DNA of 64,000 bases from Trichoplax adhaerens (lineage: Eukaryota; Animalia; Placozoa), in NCBI RefSeq assembly GCF_000150275.1, contig NW_002060964.1, forward strand, positions 735,643-799,642, read 5' to 3'. The position numbers and the translations under genes were made by a program. The number at the start of each line of letters is the position of its first letter. Positions within the stretch are counted from its first letter, which is position 1. The notes under the pieces are model-generated. The model saw only the letters and a list, made by a program, of their open reading frames with translations. It did not search any database and was not told the origin of the DNA. Below are positions 25,947 to 38,925 of the stretch, one piece after another.

Positions 25947-28900
25947 AATATACTATAATACTACGCAAGCATGAGCTGAATCCCACTACTTACACTAGCA
26001 CCATCACAAAATAGAATGTAGAATGAATGACTATAATGCCATAAGTAAATAAAATGACTTCTGACCGTATAGCTACAATTTGCGTACAATAGCACAGTGT
26101 AAACTATCTACATACAAAAGCATGAGTCGAAATCGTATGCTAGAAGGTTTAGCCAAATAAAATGATATGGTCATATCAACCGAAGGATCTGCCGGTTTTT
26201 AAATTACCATAAAAGTGACAATGCTGCAGACAAATCTTTATCTAACAGGCTTATCTACTAAATTTGCTATTATTGGTAATTATCACCTAATTAATCTTCG
26301 TCAACAATAACTAGAATAGATGATCGCCTTTTAAGTTCATTCATCCACGTTACCGTGTCCTATTTTGGTTTATTGTCGCATTACAACAATTAGTGCAACA
26401 ATACCAAGACATTGACGCCGTCTAATCTTGATCCTACAACAATCATTTAATTTGAATTGTCGTTCATTTTTAATCTATTCTTGACGGTCAGTAAATAATT
26501 AATTTTTGTTATTGTTAAGCCAAATAGATCGAATTGTTCAATATATTCAACGTAGTTACAACTTGAATATGAGTTTATTGTCATATTCAAAGGGACTACT
26601 TCTTGTCTTACAAGTCTTATGGGCTGCTTTAACCGCAAATGACGCTATTCTTATTACTAAATAGCAGCCGCAGGGAATCATCCTGACAAATTGACAATTT
26701 TGACAGCAAGGCGAGCAATTACTTTTCTAATGCAATTTTATTCACAAATCGTTTCAAATCGTCTTATCTTCAATGACAAGTCGATACGTGTTATAAATCA
26801 ATTGTAAAGCAAAGACCAACTACGGAGTAATTCTCCATGAATTTTAAATAAATCCATAAAACATATCGTAAGCATTCATTGACTTGCGTGAGACAGAATT
26901 GTTTCATTAATCAATAACGAGTTATAATTGATATGCTCGTAACAAAAGTAGAATGTTTCATAATACCGTACAGTATTAAAGTTACAAGCAGGTCTCAAAA
27001 CTTGAACTTCAATTAGCACTTGTTTTTTGCTTGGTCTTTTCGGTGTCGTTTCAACCAGTCAAACGGAAAGCATCTTCGTAGCACGTATGAACACTTTTAA
27101 CTTACCAACGACGTTCTAAACTTGTTCCCAAACTGCCTAGTATAACTTGCGGTAGTTATCAATGGCCAAAATAGGAAAGACATGGAGGTGGGCAAACGGA
27201 AAGACAATGAAATAGGTAGAGAATGATGCAGTTTGGAAACAGCCGATTAAGAAACGTTATTATCACGAGCGAAGTAAAATCGTATTGTTTATTCTCATAG
27301 TTGCTGTATTGTTTTAGGAGGAAAAAAAATGACTAGATGAAAATTTACAAACGTAGATTCATACTTGTTATCAACTAAGAGTTAATAAAGTCACTAGTCA
27401 ATGATAGTTGATTGATTGAATTCTTGACATTTCAGTAAATTATTCATTGTCGTCAAAGAAAGAAATTATATTGAGGGGAATTTACAATACTGTATATTTT
27501 ACTACGCTCACTTGCAATGTTTGCAATCAACATAACAGGCTATGCTGTACTATTATTAGATCATTTCGCCAATTCTTAATTTTTAGTGCTGTAGGATCAC
27601 AGCATCATCACCTTAAAGCTATCAGTAGATAGAGCTAGCCATTGATCAATATTATCAGCGACAACTTGAAAAATGGATTTTCACTCCATTCTAATCTACT
27701 ATAGCTTTCTTCATCTATCTTTATGATTGACGATCGGATGATAATATCTTGGATTACTGACTAAATTTGTCGGATAATGGAATGGAATGAAAAGATTAGA
27801 CTTGTAGAGGATCAGGTAATGGATGACTAAGATCTAATCATAGGTTATGTCTAGACTAGATGAGATAATAGGCTTAGGAAGAATGACGTGAAATGCTAGA
27901 CAAGATAAAACAAACCAAGTCGTATTAGACAACTAGTAGGGTCAAAGTTTGCTGATATACCATTATGATAATATCAAATACAATTGTAATATACCTCAAG
28001 GCGCAGTACGATCGATGTCAACGAACTATTCCAAGTTGAAATAATCAGAATATCATAAAAGAATGGCAAAAAATGATATCTAGGGTGTTGAAATTACTGG
28101 TAGGATGGTCATCACGAGATAATAACTGTATAACATTATATTTGTTGTCGATTGGAACAATTAATCCATTCACTTTCTACCTTTGTAGGAAACAATCTGA
28201 TAATCAACAATAGCATTCAGCCCTAAGGTTCAATATCAACCACGGAACATAATATCGTAATGTGGAAGTCAAGAAAAGCTGAAATAAGCTAATGTCAATA
28301 AATTAAAGCGTAACGCATCAAACAATAACAACAGTACTGTGATTTACAAATCGATCACATTTTAATAACATTATTATTAATGGGACCAATAAACACTATC
28401 TTTTAAGTGTAACAGACATCCATAATCCTCAATGGCTATAGTGTTGACCAAAAGAATCTTCGTCTGTTCTTTGAATAACAGCGACTAGTATTGTGTAAAA
28501 CGTGTGACAAATTGACACCAGTAATTAGCAGGTAATGCATTGCGAAGAGATAATTGTGATGATTCCATTAGGAATAAAAGATCAATAGTTTGATTCATTA
28601 TATCCTACCCTGTTAAATTAAGTTAACTATTTGGATAGTATAAGATTCTATTCTATCTCACTTCTATAATCCAAAGTACGATCATGGGTGCTATAATGCA
28701 AATAAATATATGAAATACGTCATGATGTTAAAGTAAGATTACTATTTGTAAGAGCGGTGCACAGTTTGTGACAGCCTTTTTAAAACGATTACTCTTTATG
28801 CGCAGATTGAAATCTCTATTTTAAGCTCGCAATGTCCCGTATAAAAACATCTTTTGTGCTAAAGGTATTCTAAACAAGCATTTTAATTTAATTTAGTACC

Positions 28901-30173
28901 CCAATCTATTCTGTTCAATTCATTAATGACACTATTATAAGAATCAATTTAAAAATAAATTGATAAGATATAGTGTAAAATGTAAATTGCATCAATTGCT
29001 GCTGATATATACGAATTCAGTGGCTTCATAAAGCAATACTTGGATGACCATCAGAAATAAATTTGTGATTCTAAAATAGAATCTGTAATGGTTAAATTAA
29101 GGATGCAGTACTTTAACTGTACTATAGGATTCGATAGAAGACTGGTATTATTCTAATACTGCACTGACTGACATCGTAATGCACTTTTAATAACTAATCT
29201 TTAATTAGAACTGCCTATTTAAGATAACCAACAATCGATATTTATCATGCCAATTATCGTTAATTGACAAATCATCTAGACATGGTCCAACCTACATACC
29301 CTACCAAGGACTCAATTATTCTTTTTTGAATATAGACTATTTTAAGTAAACAGATAAATGTAGTATCAGAGCTCTTTAATATAGGTAGCATAGACAACAT
29401 GCATTGAAGAATTCAGTTTTTTTATAAATGAAGCTAATAAGAATCTTCTTTGTCAAAATTGAGGAATAAATAACTTTGTAACTGGAAACAACGATATCTA
29501 CGTTGGATATGTATTTCAGCGGAAAACAAATTCATTGACAACTGAAAGCGCTTTTGACAGTGGTAAGAGGAGGATCTGAATGACACCGTCCAAGTATCTT
29601 ATATATAACAGTAACTGTTAAGCTGTGTTGTTACTATTCATGATTTAAGAATCTTGTCATGCTTGAGTATATTAGAAATTAAGCAGAAAATTAAGTAAAA
29701 TATTAGTTAGGACAACTGTGTACCTCAATATCTTCATCTGCATCTGCTGTTGCAATACTGCAAGCACCAATTTATGCGCGGCTACCAGTACAACTATAAT
29801 TTGCCATAATGACATCACTAATTAGTGAGATTGTAAACAGGTTTATATATTATAAAAAGTTAAAACTTGTCACATTTGAATGCTCTCGGTTTTATCGTGT
29901 TTTTACAATGCAATAATGGTATAAGTGAAAATATTTTAGTTACTTGGAATGACTACGGTATTTTAACCTAAGTTTTGCTGGATATTATATCTACGCTATA
30001 CTCGTATGAGTCGATGTTATGTCTTAAATCATGATGTAGATTCACCAAGTGATTTCACTTCTAAACAATTTGAAGCAAAGGACTCAACTCCTAACACATA
30101 GTTTCACAAAGGCTATGCCTATCTGCTGTGTCTAGTGAAAATATTTAAATAGGTTAACATGTATAACATAGCA

Positions 30174-30982
30174 GAGTCCGTAGCCGAAATACAGTCTACT
30201 ATGCGGGGGATCAACTTTTAGGAAATATTTAAACTTGGACAGTTAAAATAACGAGAAAGCGATAAGAACAAGGTACTGGCAGAGGGTTTTTCGGGTAACG
30301 GAAGTGCAAATTTTTTCTTCAGTAGTCCCTGATACTCGGATAGAATGGGTGGTGAGAAATAGAACGAAAGATTTGATATTTACAGTATCATTTACTTATT
30401 CTCTTCAAGGCCTTATCTGTACGGTTTTGGTAGTACTGTGCATGAAAATAGGCAAAGTTGCATGTAATGTGAGTAAATGCGATACAACAGTAGCCCAAGC
30501 ATCATACATTTATAGCCACATGATGAACTGCTTGTATCTGCTCTACGCCGCCATATTCTAGCGAGATGAAGCAGCAAGGAAACAAATTTCCATATGTAAT
30601 GTAACTAGTATTGTGATTGTAGACTGTTAGCCATCTTTAGTATAATGTACGGTAGATATTTATCCTACGAGATATTTGGTAGCTATAACTATAGACTGTA
30701 GTGGTAGAGACTCTATGCTAGAGTACAGATGACTATATACAGGAAGGTGTTGAGTTACTAATAAGGCTATAGGTAAAAATAGAACTGTAAATCATATATT
30801 AGGATATGGTTAATTCATTGTACTTTGGCTAGTGTGAATAATGTCTACGTGAGTACTGTAGTCGTATCCATATTGGATTAATGATGGTCCGCAGTAGAAT
30901 AGTCTTACTAAGAATAATTTAACTATGTGTAATATAAGTTAAAAAGTTGCCATGCGGATTGTAGCTCCGAATGCTACGGAAA
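30174..30982. mobile_element. Possible decayed non-autonomous DNA transposon (MITE)
   Basis: Imperfect inverted arms TCCGTAGC...CTACTATGCG...CAACTTTT (30177-30219) and AAAAGTTG...CGGATTGTAG...GCTACGGA (30942-30980). There is no transposase ORF. Confidence 0.25.
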
Positions 30983-33900
30983 GTATAAAAGCATACAACT
31001 TTAGATTATTCTGTTAGTTCGTTCTAGAAGTCTTTAGTAGTAGTATTCGGCTAGAGCAGAGCTGTGTGTAATTAATCTTTGTATAAGATTCAATAAAGCC
31101 CTTATTTTTCTAAAATTTGGAATTTCGTGATTGGTATATATCACACCATACTATATCGTATAGTATGTGGAATTTGATTAACTCTCGTGCTCTATACTTT
31201 TATACTAATGTATTACCTTAAAGTAAATTTGAAATATACTGTAAGTTAGTTAGGATGAAAAAGAAGCACTGTACACAGACAGAGCAAGGGATAAATTTAA
31301 TAGGATTGATTTCATCTAGTGCATCGCTGGGCGGAATAAAATACGTGTTCAGTAAAACTTTGCAAACTAAATATTAATTTTGATTATTATTTAATCCAAG
31401 TAACTTTGAAATAGCTGCAACAAATGGCCCAGAAGCATTTACACCTACTTAGCTAGTGACTACGATAATTCCAAATTTTTACCTTAGTCGAGATTATTTA
31501 AGCATGCATCTCCTCTAATGTATTTGTATTTATTAAGTTTATTTGAAAAGCCAAATTTGCTGGCAATTTAAAAATAACAGGTTAGAATATAGAAAATTGG
31601 ATAAAATATTTGATAAAAATTCCACAATATCACCACGAAGAGCAAGTTTAAAATGGGTTAGGGTTAGTGCAATTTAGCTATGATAAGACTTAAGCCTACT
31701 TCGAAAAGGAAGGATTATAGATTGGTATTAATCTTTTAGTTTAATCATATTTTAGAAAAATAGATCGCTTCTAATTGACTGCGCCATGACATGCAGAAAC
31801 ATAAAACGTAGTTTATTTTTTAGTACTGAATACTGCAAAAAAAAATGCTCTCAAGTTTGCCATCTGGTAAATTACTCTTATAAGTATATCTAAAGCAGTA
31901 CTAATTTTCAAGTAGTTCTAATCGTTGAAGTACAGGTATTTTAGGTATTCCATGAAAATTTTATGCTACCGTATTGGCAATGTTTTAAGTTTTAATATTT
32001 GCATTATAACGAACATAGTAGGATTCTAGAAGTTGAAAACATCATTACGGATCATATATAAATAAGATGTTATAGCTATAACGTATAAATACAATGAATA
32101 TACTGAAGATTGAACTTCAATTTAGAGTGGATAATGTAGTGATTGCATAATCGTAAATCACTGAGTAAAAAGGTGCCGTACATCTGCTTCAATTTCTAAT
32201 AAACTTTGTGACGAACGCAATTATGTAACCTCCTTTTCAATCTTAGATATATAAAAATCATGGACTGAAATATGTTTACGTTTTCAGTCATCTCTATCGA
32301 TTATACTATTACCTATATAAGTTTATCTACTTTCATCATTAATGCCTGAAGCTCGAAACTAAGACTAGCTAATGTTTTTTCCAATATTTATTAAAGCCTT
32401 ACATGAAACGAATTGATCTCATACTTAAAGCTTATGATACAACATGAACATAGAAATGAATTGTCAGCGACAGAAGGGTTATTCTCACTTTCATTTAGCA
32501 CTTACAGCATATTTTTTATAGAACATTAGAATCAATTGTAACTAAAACTTTGCAGAATTTTAATTTAGAGTATAGATTGGGTTTCCCTTCTGATTCCAAC
32601 GTTATTCCGGCTATTAATAATCAGAAAGCACTCTTACGTTTCTATATTTTTATTTGTTCTTATTAAAAGTGCCATTATTGGGTACGAGTCAACTTAATTG
32701 ACAATCTACAAGCTCTCAGACTACCGTCGAACATCGTACGTTTTGCGAATTGATTAAAGCATTGAGAACCAACAGTTTCTAATAAATCGCAATCGCTTCA
32801 CCAAAATCTAGCTGGTTTAATTTAAAAATTTAGAAAAAAAATCATCTTTATTATTGAATACCTTAAGATTTCTTTTACAAGCCTATAACATCAGATAGTG
32901 ACAGTACTGTCATGATGATCACGTTTGAAGGCTACTGTTGTAAATAAGTTAGATTTCGCGTTCCTGAGAAAATTCAATTAAACTCGTATTATTAAATGAA
33001 ATTAAAATTTACCAGGACAATGCAATTGTATGTGACATTTGAAGAATTGAAGAGAACATCTTGAAGATTAATAAAGATTCAGAAAAGTCATTAAAATCAA
33101 TAAGAAGCCGACAAATCCTAGTGCTGATTAAAATAGAAGTATAAATTGATACTTATGTACGGTGTAGGTAATTTCCTACAAATCTCTATGTCTCATGCTT
33201 TTGATTCTCAATATTGCATGGCAACTTGAAGTGTTTGATTACAAAGCGGTACCCACTCAAATGTATCATATTCTTGTGTACAAGTAACTAAGATCCGCTA
33301 AATCACAACATTTCAAGAAATAAAGAACTAATAAAGTGCTTAGACGAAGATGGTCATTGTCTAATGCGTCCATTTAATATCCTTTCATTTGCTAAATGTA
33401 ATAGAGTATCAGAACAAGATCTTTAACAGTCCAAAGAATCCAGTGGATCGTAGATATCTTTATTACTGACAGTGTTATTCGTGATGTCTACATCAACGAA
33501 AAATCTGTGGTAGTAAATTTAATTTAAAATTAAAAAATAATTATCACCTGTTACAAATCCCTAATCGAGTGCTACGTAGCTTCTTAATTACTAGAAAATA
33601 CTGGTTCCAGGATTGCAAAGGCTAGTTAAACAATATATCATGCACTAAATTCTTATATCAATAAGTTAAAGTTAAATATCGATTAAAGTAAGTGTTTGAG
33701 GTTGGCGGAAGTTGATCAAATGTAATAAATTGACGACCATGCTATAAATAAATTGAATAGATTAAAATTTGCATAGAATTGGATCGCCACTGAAAGTGGA
33801 TGTATTCGAAATAATTAAAAGAATTGACTTTAAAGTAGTTTATCAAAGAGTATGGTCCACATTCAATAGTTGCCATGTTGCGGCGTTACCGGAACAACGT

Positions 33901-36701
33901 TAATATTAGTGTAAACACAAAATATCTTAATGAAAGATTATAATGGCTGGGTAGTTGCGTAATGATACTGTTTTTAGTTATATAGTCATTTCTGAAAACA
34001 ATTTACCGGTTAAGCCAAAGCAAATAAATCTCTCGGTCGCTGCTTGCTACAAACTATTTGCTAAAACTGGACCATACTGACAGTCTGTTTTAATATATTG
34101 TTAACCTCGATCACTAATAACAGTACTTATTAATAGCTGTCAAGTTAATAATCAACAGACAAGATGAGCACTTATTTATAAACTAGTAATACAAATTAAG
34201 CTTCGTACGATATGACGGAAAAGTCTAATAATTTTATGTGTTGCACTGTATACAGTAATATCAGCTTGCAATCTCAAAGTTTCATTGCTGATACCAATCG
34301 CTTGACATAGGATATAAATCTAAAGAAAGATTACAAAACAGATCCGCATGCGATATTTCAGTATAAATTTAGAGAAATAGGGACTACATTAATAAACGAA
34401 ATGTTTGCAATCTATTTAAACTCAATCATTTAATCACATAGTAACTTATCTCGCTCAAATTTTAAAATCTAAATTACCAATGTAGCGAACAAAGAAAAAT
34501 CGAACACTAACTCAGCTGTCGATTAGAAACTTAGACACCATAACTACGAACACTCTAAACTATTACTAGCAGTAATATAAATTTTCAATTGCAGAGCTTT
34601 GAATTTGTGTCTATTATATGCGGTATAAACCAAATCCTACGTTATCAAAAGCTATCAATAATGAAATTGGCGTATTTAGAACCAGTAATCACAATATATA
34701 CCATGCTAATATGATTTATGACAAGTAAATTATCATTTTAAGGAGCCGTTTTTATTGTAATAACCAAAATTCGTTGGGATATGGATAATTTTCTCGTTAC
34801 AATAGAGCGTGGCTTTCAATGGGCTATTATTAGGTAATAAATTTACGAAATAGAGTAAGAAATCAATTAAATGTTAAAAATAATATCGTAAGGTCAGCAG
34901 AAAAATTGCAAGATGTGTATTCTCCGAAGGCACTGTAACTTAATACAATGAACTTGGTTTTATCCGAAAGGCTTTTGATATTAATCATATTTATATTACC
35001 GAGCATATTTACCGTTGTATTATAGAAAAAAGAGAAAGAAAATGATTCTCAATGATAATAGCTCTATTGCTTAGTATCTTACTGTAGTCTGCAGTACTAT
35101 CGACTTTAGCCATAATTTAAAATTTATTTCAATATTATTAATCAGCAAGGGTAAGGCATTTTCTGTTATAACCTATGTAAGCTAGATTACAAATTTTGTC
35201 TTCTTTGTATAATTATCTTTGACATGTCTATCTCTTATCGAAGGTTTTAACAATCCATACCAAATTAATAGTAAAAATCAAGAACGAATGAACTATTCAC
35301 AAAGTATTAATATTATAAATGATTGACTTTAAAGTTAATTTCGCTACTATGAACTTGTGGATTTAGCTAGATGATCCGGATAGTAAAAATCGGTATTTAA
35401 CATTATTTTTGTCTATTATCTCAATAGATATTGGATATGATTTGAAATTAACATCCGTTCGACTACCATGCCAGGATTTTCATTATTTCATTTGCCAATT
35501 TTAATAGTCTTATATATCTTTTCTCTATGCGCATAACACAGAATATAGTATTGTCAACAAATATTTTTTCCATAATCAGTCTTTAAATGTCAAGATCTTC
35601 ATCTTGTGATTCTGAAGCTATGTATTGATAATTAATGTGAAAGGAAAATTAGACAATTTAAATATAATATCGTAAAATGATATGAGATAGTAGCATCGCT
35701 GATAGAATGAATACCACTTGATGTTGTAAAAGATTTAACAACGCCTTTCATTACTCGCAAAAGTATTTTTGTCTATTTTGTTGCATCAGTCAGTATCAAC
35801 TCATTGCTAAAGTAAATGATACGAATCAATACAGCATGTGACTAATCTAACACGGCAACATGGACAGCTAATTATATTATCTAGATAGCGGTCTTATTAG
35901 GGTGATTTTGTAGTCATAATTTATATGAAATGATTTCATTTATCATGGGAATTACAGTAAGTAAGGTACCGTTATTAACATGGATTATAGCGGCTAGTGT
36001 CTTTAATCAAGCTGATTTTCGTTATAAGTACCCAAATTGTATTGGTGCAGCACTTACTGTATAGACTGGAGTCTGTATATTTGTATACTGTAGTAGACAT
36101 AGTCAGCCTATTACTAACATGAACTAGAGAGCAGTAATTTATGTTCAGGATTTCATTACAATTATTCCGTAATGCATTATACTAGTATTGTGAAAATTAG
36201 CTTCAAAGGGCATAAAATGGGCTCAGATTAATCGATTTAACTACATTGTTAGATTTATGAAATGAGTGGGAAACCCACGTTTCATAAATTGATTTAGTAA
36301 ATATGTAGAATAAAATTATCTCATACTTAAATACGATCTAAATAATTACAACAATCCTTTCAGATCCAATATCCTATAGCTCAATTCTATCTAAAATTGA
36401 AGCGATACTGTAGAAATTATGCAAAGCTTTCAATAGAATATGTGCTATAGCCGCTACTGACAGGAATGAATCTTATATTTACATTTAATGGAAATTTATT
36501 GCCCAGATAAATTGCCAAATCATTGATTAATTACTAAAATTTTCAACGTTACAGTATCAATTACATTGTATTGGACTAATATTTTATTATCTAAAAGAAT
36601 TTTCACCTATACATAATTTAGCCTTAATCAATCAGAGTTATCATTTATCCTCCCCTTCTCAATTTTATTGAAAATGTCGATACTTCTATATTATAATTTA
36701 A

Positions 36702-37463
36702 TCAAACAGGACTGAATGAACACTTACATGTGGTGCAACTTTTAGCACGGTCGCGTTGGCGTTTGTTTTTAAACCAGTTACTAACTTGTACTTTAGTTAA
36801 TGAGGCTGCTTCAGCAATGATAGCTTTCTCTTCCGATGTTGGATACGGATTACGTTGATAGTATTCTACTAACATTTTCCTAGATGACTCTTTGAATGAA
36901 TACGTAATCTTCTCACCATCTGAAATTGTCAATGGTAATGGATACTTTTTCCTAACACGATACTTGGTCACAGCGTCCAATTCTTTTCCTCGCGATTGCT
37001 TCTCTTCCAGATAATGTGCTTCTTTCCATAATTCTTGCAATTTAGGATGAAATTCGGAAGAAAATGGGTAATTTTCCAAAAGTTGATACAATTCTTCGAA
37101 ATTGTGTTGATGGTAGGCAACTGTAGCTCGCGCTAACAAGATATTTTGATTGACTTTCAATTCATCATTGGGTGGCAATGACCAAAGGAATGTGGCTAAG
37201 CGATCTATATGGTTTCTTTGCAATAAAATATTGCAAACTGAGGCAAATTGATCAGTTGAAAAATTTCCTATAGGTAAGGAAGAATAACCGTTAGCCAAAG
37301 ATGAAAGTGATGGATGATATTGTTGATATTGTGATTGCGGTTGTTGTTTTGGATAAGGTTGCTTTGATGGCTGAAAACCACTTAAGTAATTATAATTTAA
37401 AATTAAATTACTATTGGAATGTCGATGTTCAGGATAGCAATACATATAAGGAAGGTAGGCCAT
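36702..37463 (-). CDS. Divergent SIX-class homeobox transcription factor (closest to Six1/2; subfamily uncertain), 253 aa or first coding exon
   Basis: SIX domain ([13 protein letters not shown]...[11 protein letters not shown]...[13 protein letters not shown]...[14 protein letters not shown]) and K50 homeodomain (FKESSR...NPYPT...[14 protein letters not shown]). It lacks the Six3/6 insertion after WSLP and has QVSN. ATG is in GAA-ATG-G context. AATAAA lies about 35 nt after the stop (36664-36669), but a GTAAGT donor at 36727 could lead to a further exon. Confidence 0.93.
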   Translation of the reverse strand: MAYLPYMYCYPEHRHSNSNLILNYNYLSGFQPSKQPYPKQQPQSQYQQYHPSLSSLANGYSSLPIGNFSTDQFASVCNILLQRNHIDRLATFLWSLPPNDELKVNQNILLARATVAYHQHNFEELYQLLENYPFSSEFHPKLQELWKEAHYLEEKQSRGKELDAVTKYRVRKKYPLPLTISDGEKITYSFKESSRKMLVEYYQRNPYPTSEEKAIIAEAASLTKVQVSNWFKNKRQRDRAKSCTTCKCSFSPV

Positions 37464-37854
37464 TTCTTCTTGATTTTAACAATACTCACAGTTATGCTGA
37501 TAGTTTTATCAGGAATACTTGGATTCTAATAGCACGTTATGGATTGCAACGTGATTGATGCTGTAATTAGAAAGCTTTAAATTCAGTCTTGATCGTGTAG
37601 TTATGTAATATATTTGGAAGTAAAGTTGATATTACTCTTATTATTCAGAAAATCTTAATATGAGAAGGTAGCAAGATACCATGAGTTAAAAATAATGATG
37701 TTGTGTCCGGTATCGAAATCAATTTATAACTACGTTGTGAATTAAAAAGAGGAGGGGAAACCAGAGTAAAAGGAAGAGGTGGAGAATAGAAATGTTGATG
37801 ATGATTTAGCAGACTTTGAGCCTGCATGGTAGAGAGGAGGAGTAAATAATATTA

Positions 37855-37895
37855 ACAAATGGAGAGAATTGATGGCGCCGAAGTGCTATATATTA
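37855..37895 (-). promoter_or_regulatory. Candidate core promoter of the second Six gene (TATATA about 30 nt upstream of an Inr-like CCATTTG, with CGCCAT between)
   Basis: Minus strand reads TAATATATAGCACTTCGGCGCCATCAATTCTCTCCATTTG, followed by a pyrimidine-rich leader about 400 nt before the ATG. Motif and spacing only. Confidence 0.25.
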
Positions 37896-38884
37896 TGTCA
37901 ATAATAAGAATGAAGAACAGTAATGAAGAAGAATATCACCTATTCAACTGAAAAGATGAAAAATAGTTGCATGTAGGGAGATCCCAGCATATTGTTTAAT
38001 GACTCATATCACTACAAAATAGAAATCAACAAAGCATATTATCAGGATTCAATCTATTGTATCTGACAACTTGACGGCTACATCTAAGTATGAATCATTC
38101 ATTCGTCAGAATTGATAATAATTATATAGCACGATGAATATATGAGTATATTGTTATTCTCTATAGGCTTATCTTGTCTACTGCTATCTTCAGGTATTTT
38201 CTTTTGTTGTTATTTATATTTTTTTATCCAATAAAATCGATTATCATTAAAAGTTACAACTATTCAAGAGTTTCTCCATAAGATCTCCATAACGATAGAT
38301 TAGAAATTTAATTTTGCTGATCAATTTTCCTAGCAGATTGATAGCTAACTTTATTTATATTTTATGATTTAGATATAGAAGTTGTAGGAAGTATTTTTCA
38401 ACATTTATTAGCTCTCTAGATAGGCAAAATGAATACGTGTGACAATCTGATAATCAATAATGTCAATATTATCTCATCTATAGTTAAAATTGGACGAAGT
38501 AGTGTCGCCGCCGATATGATCAACAGTCTTCCTTCGCTTCCCAAACACCCACTCACCTTCCATCACTTTTGTAACGTCATCGTCGTATCCGACTAAAAAG
38601 TTTATTTTATGGATTATTACCGCTCTATGTTTATTATAGTCTACTTTTATCGAATCATGAATCAGGCACAATAAGTAGAGTATGCATTGGTCATATCTCA
38701 TTGGTGAGAAGTGGAAATATTTTGCAGTTTGGACATCAATGAATTATGAAAGTAATGACATTGCCAACTTTCAGTACCCGTTTTCTACATATTATTATGG
38801 TCAAGACTTAGATCTAGTATTTTTTAAATTTTTAATTACTATTCATAATGAATATGCGCATATACAATATAATATTAAATAGAC

Positions 38885-38925
38885 TGATTGATTAATTGAT
38901 TGATTGATTAATTGATTGATTGATG
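38885..38925. repeat. (TGAT/TAAT)n tetranucleotide microsatellite
   Basis: TGATTGATTAATTGATTGATTGATTAATTGATTGATTGAT. Confidence 0.9.

Noticed and set aside
31655-31667. GGGTTAGGGTTAG as interstitial telomeric repeat
   Set aside because: Only two units, which is compatible with chance.
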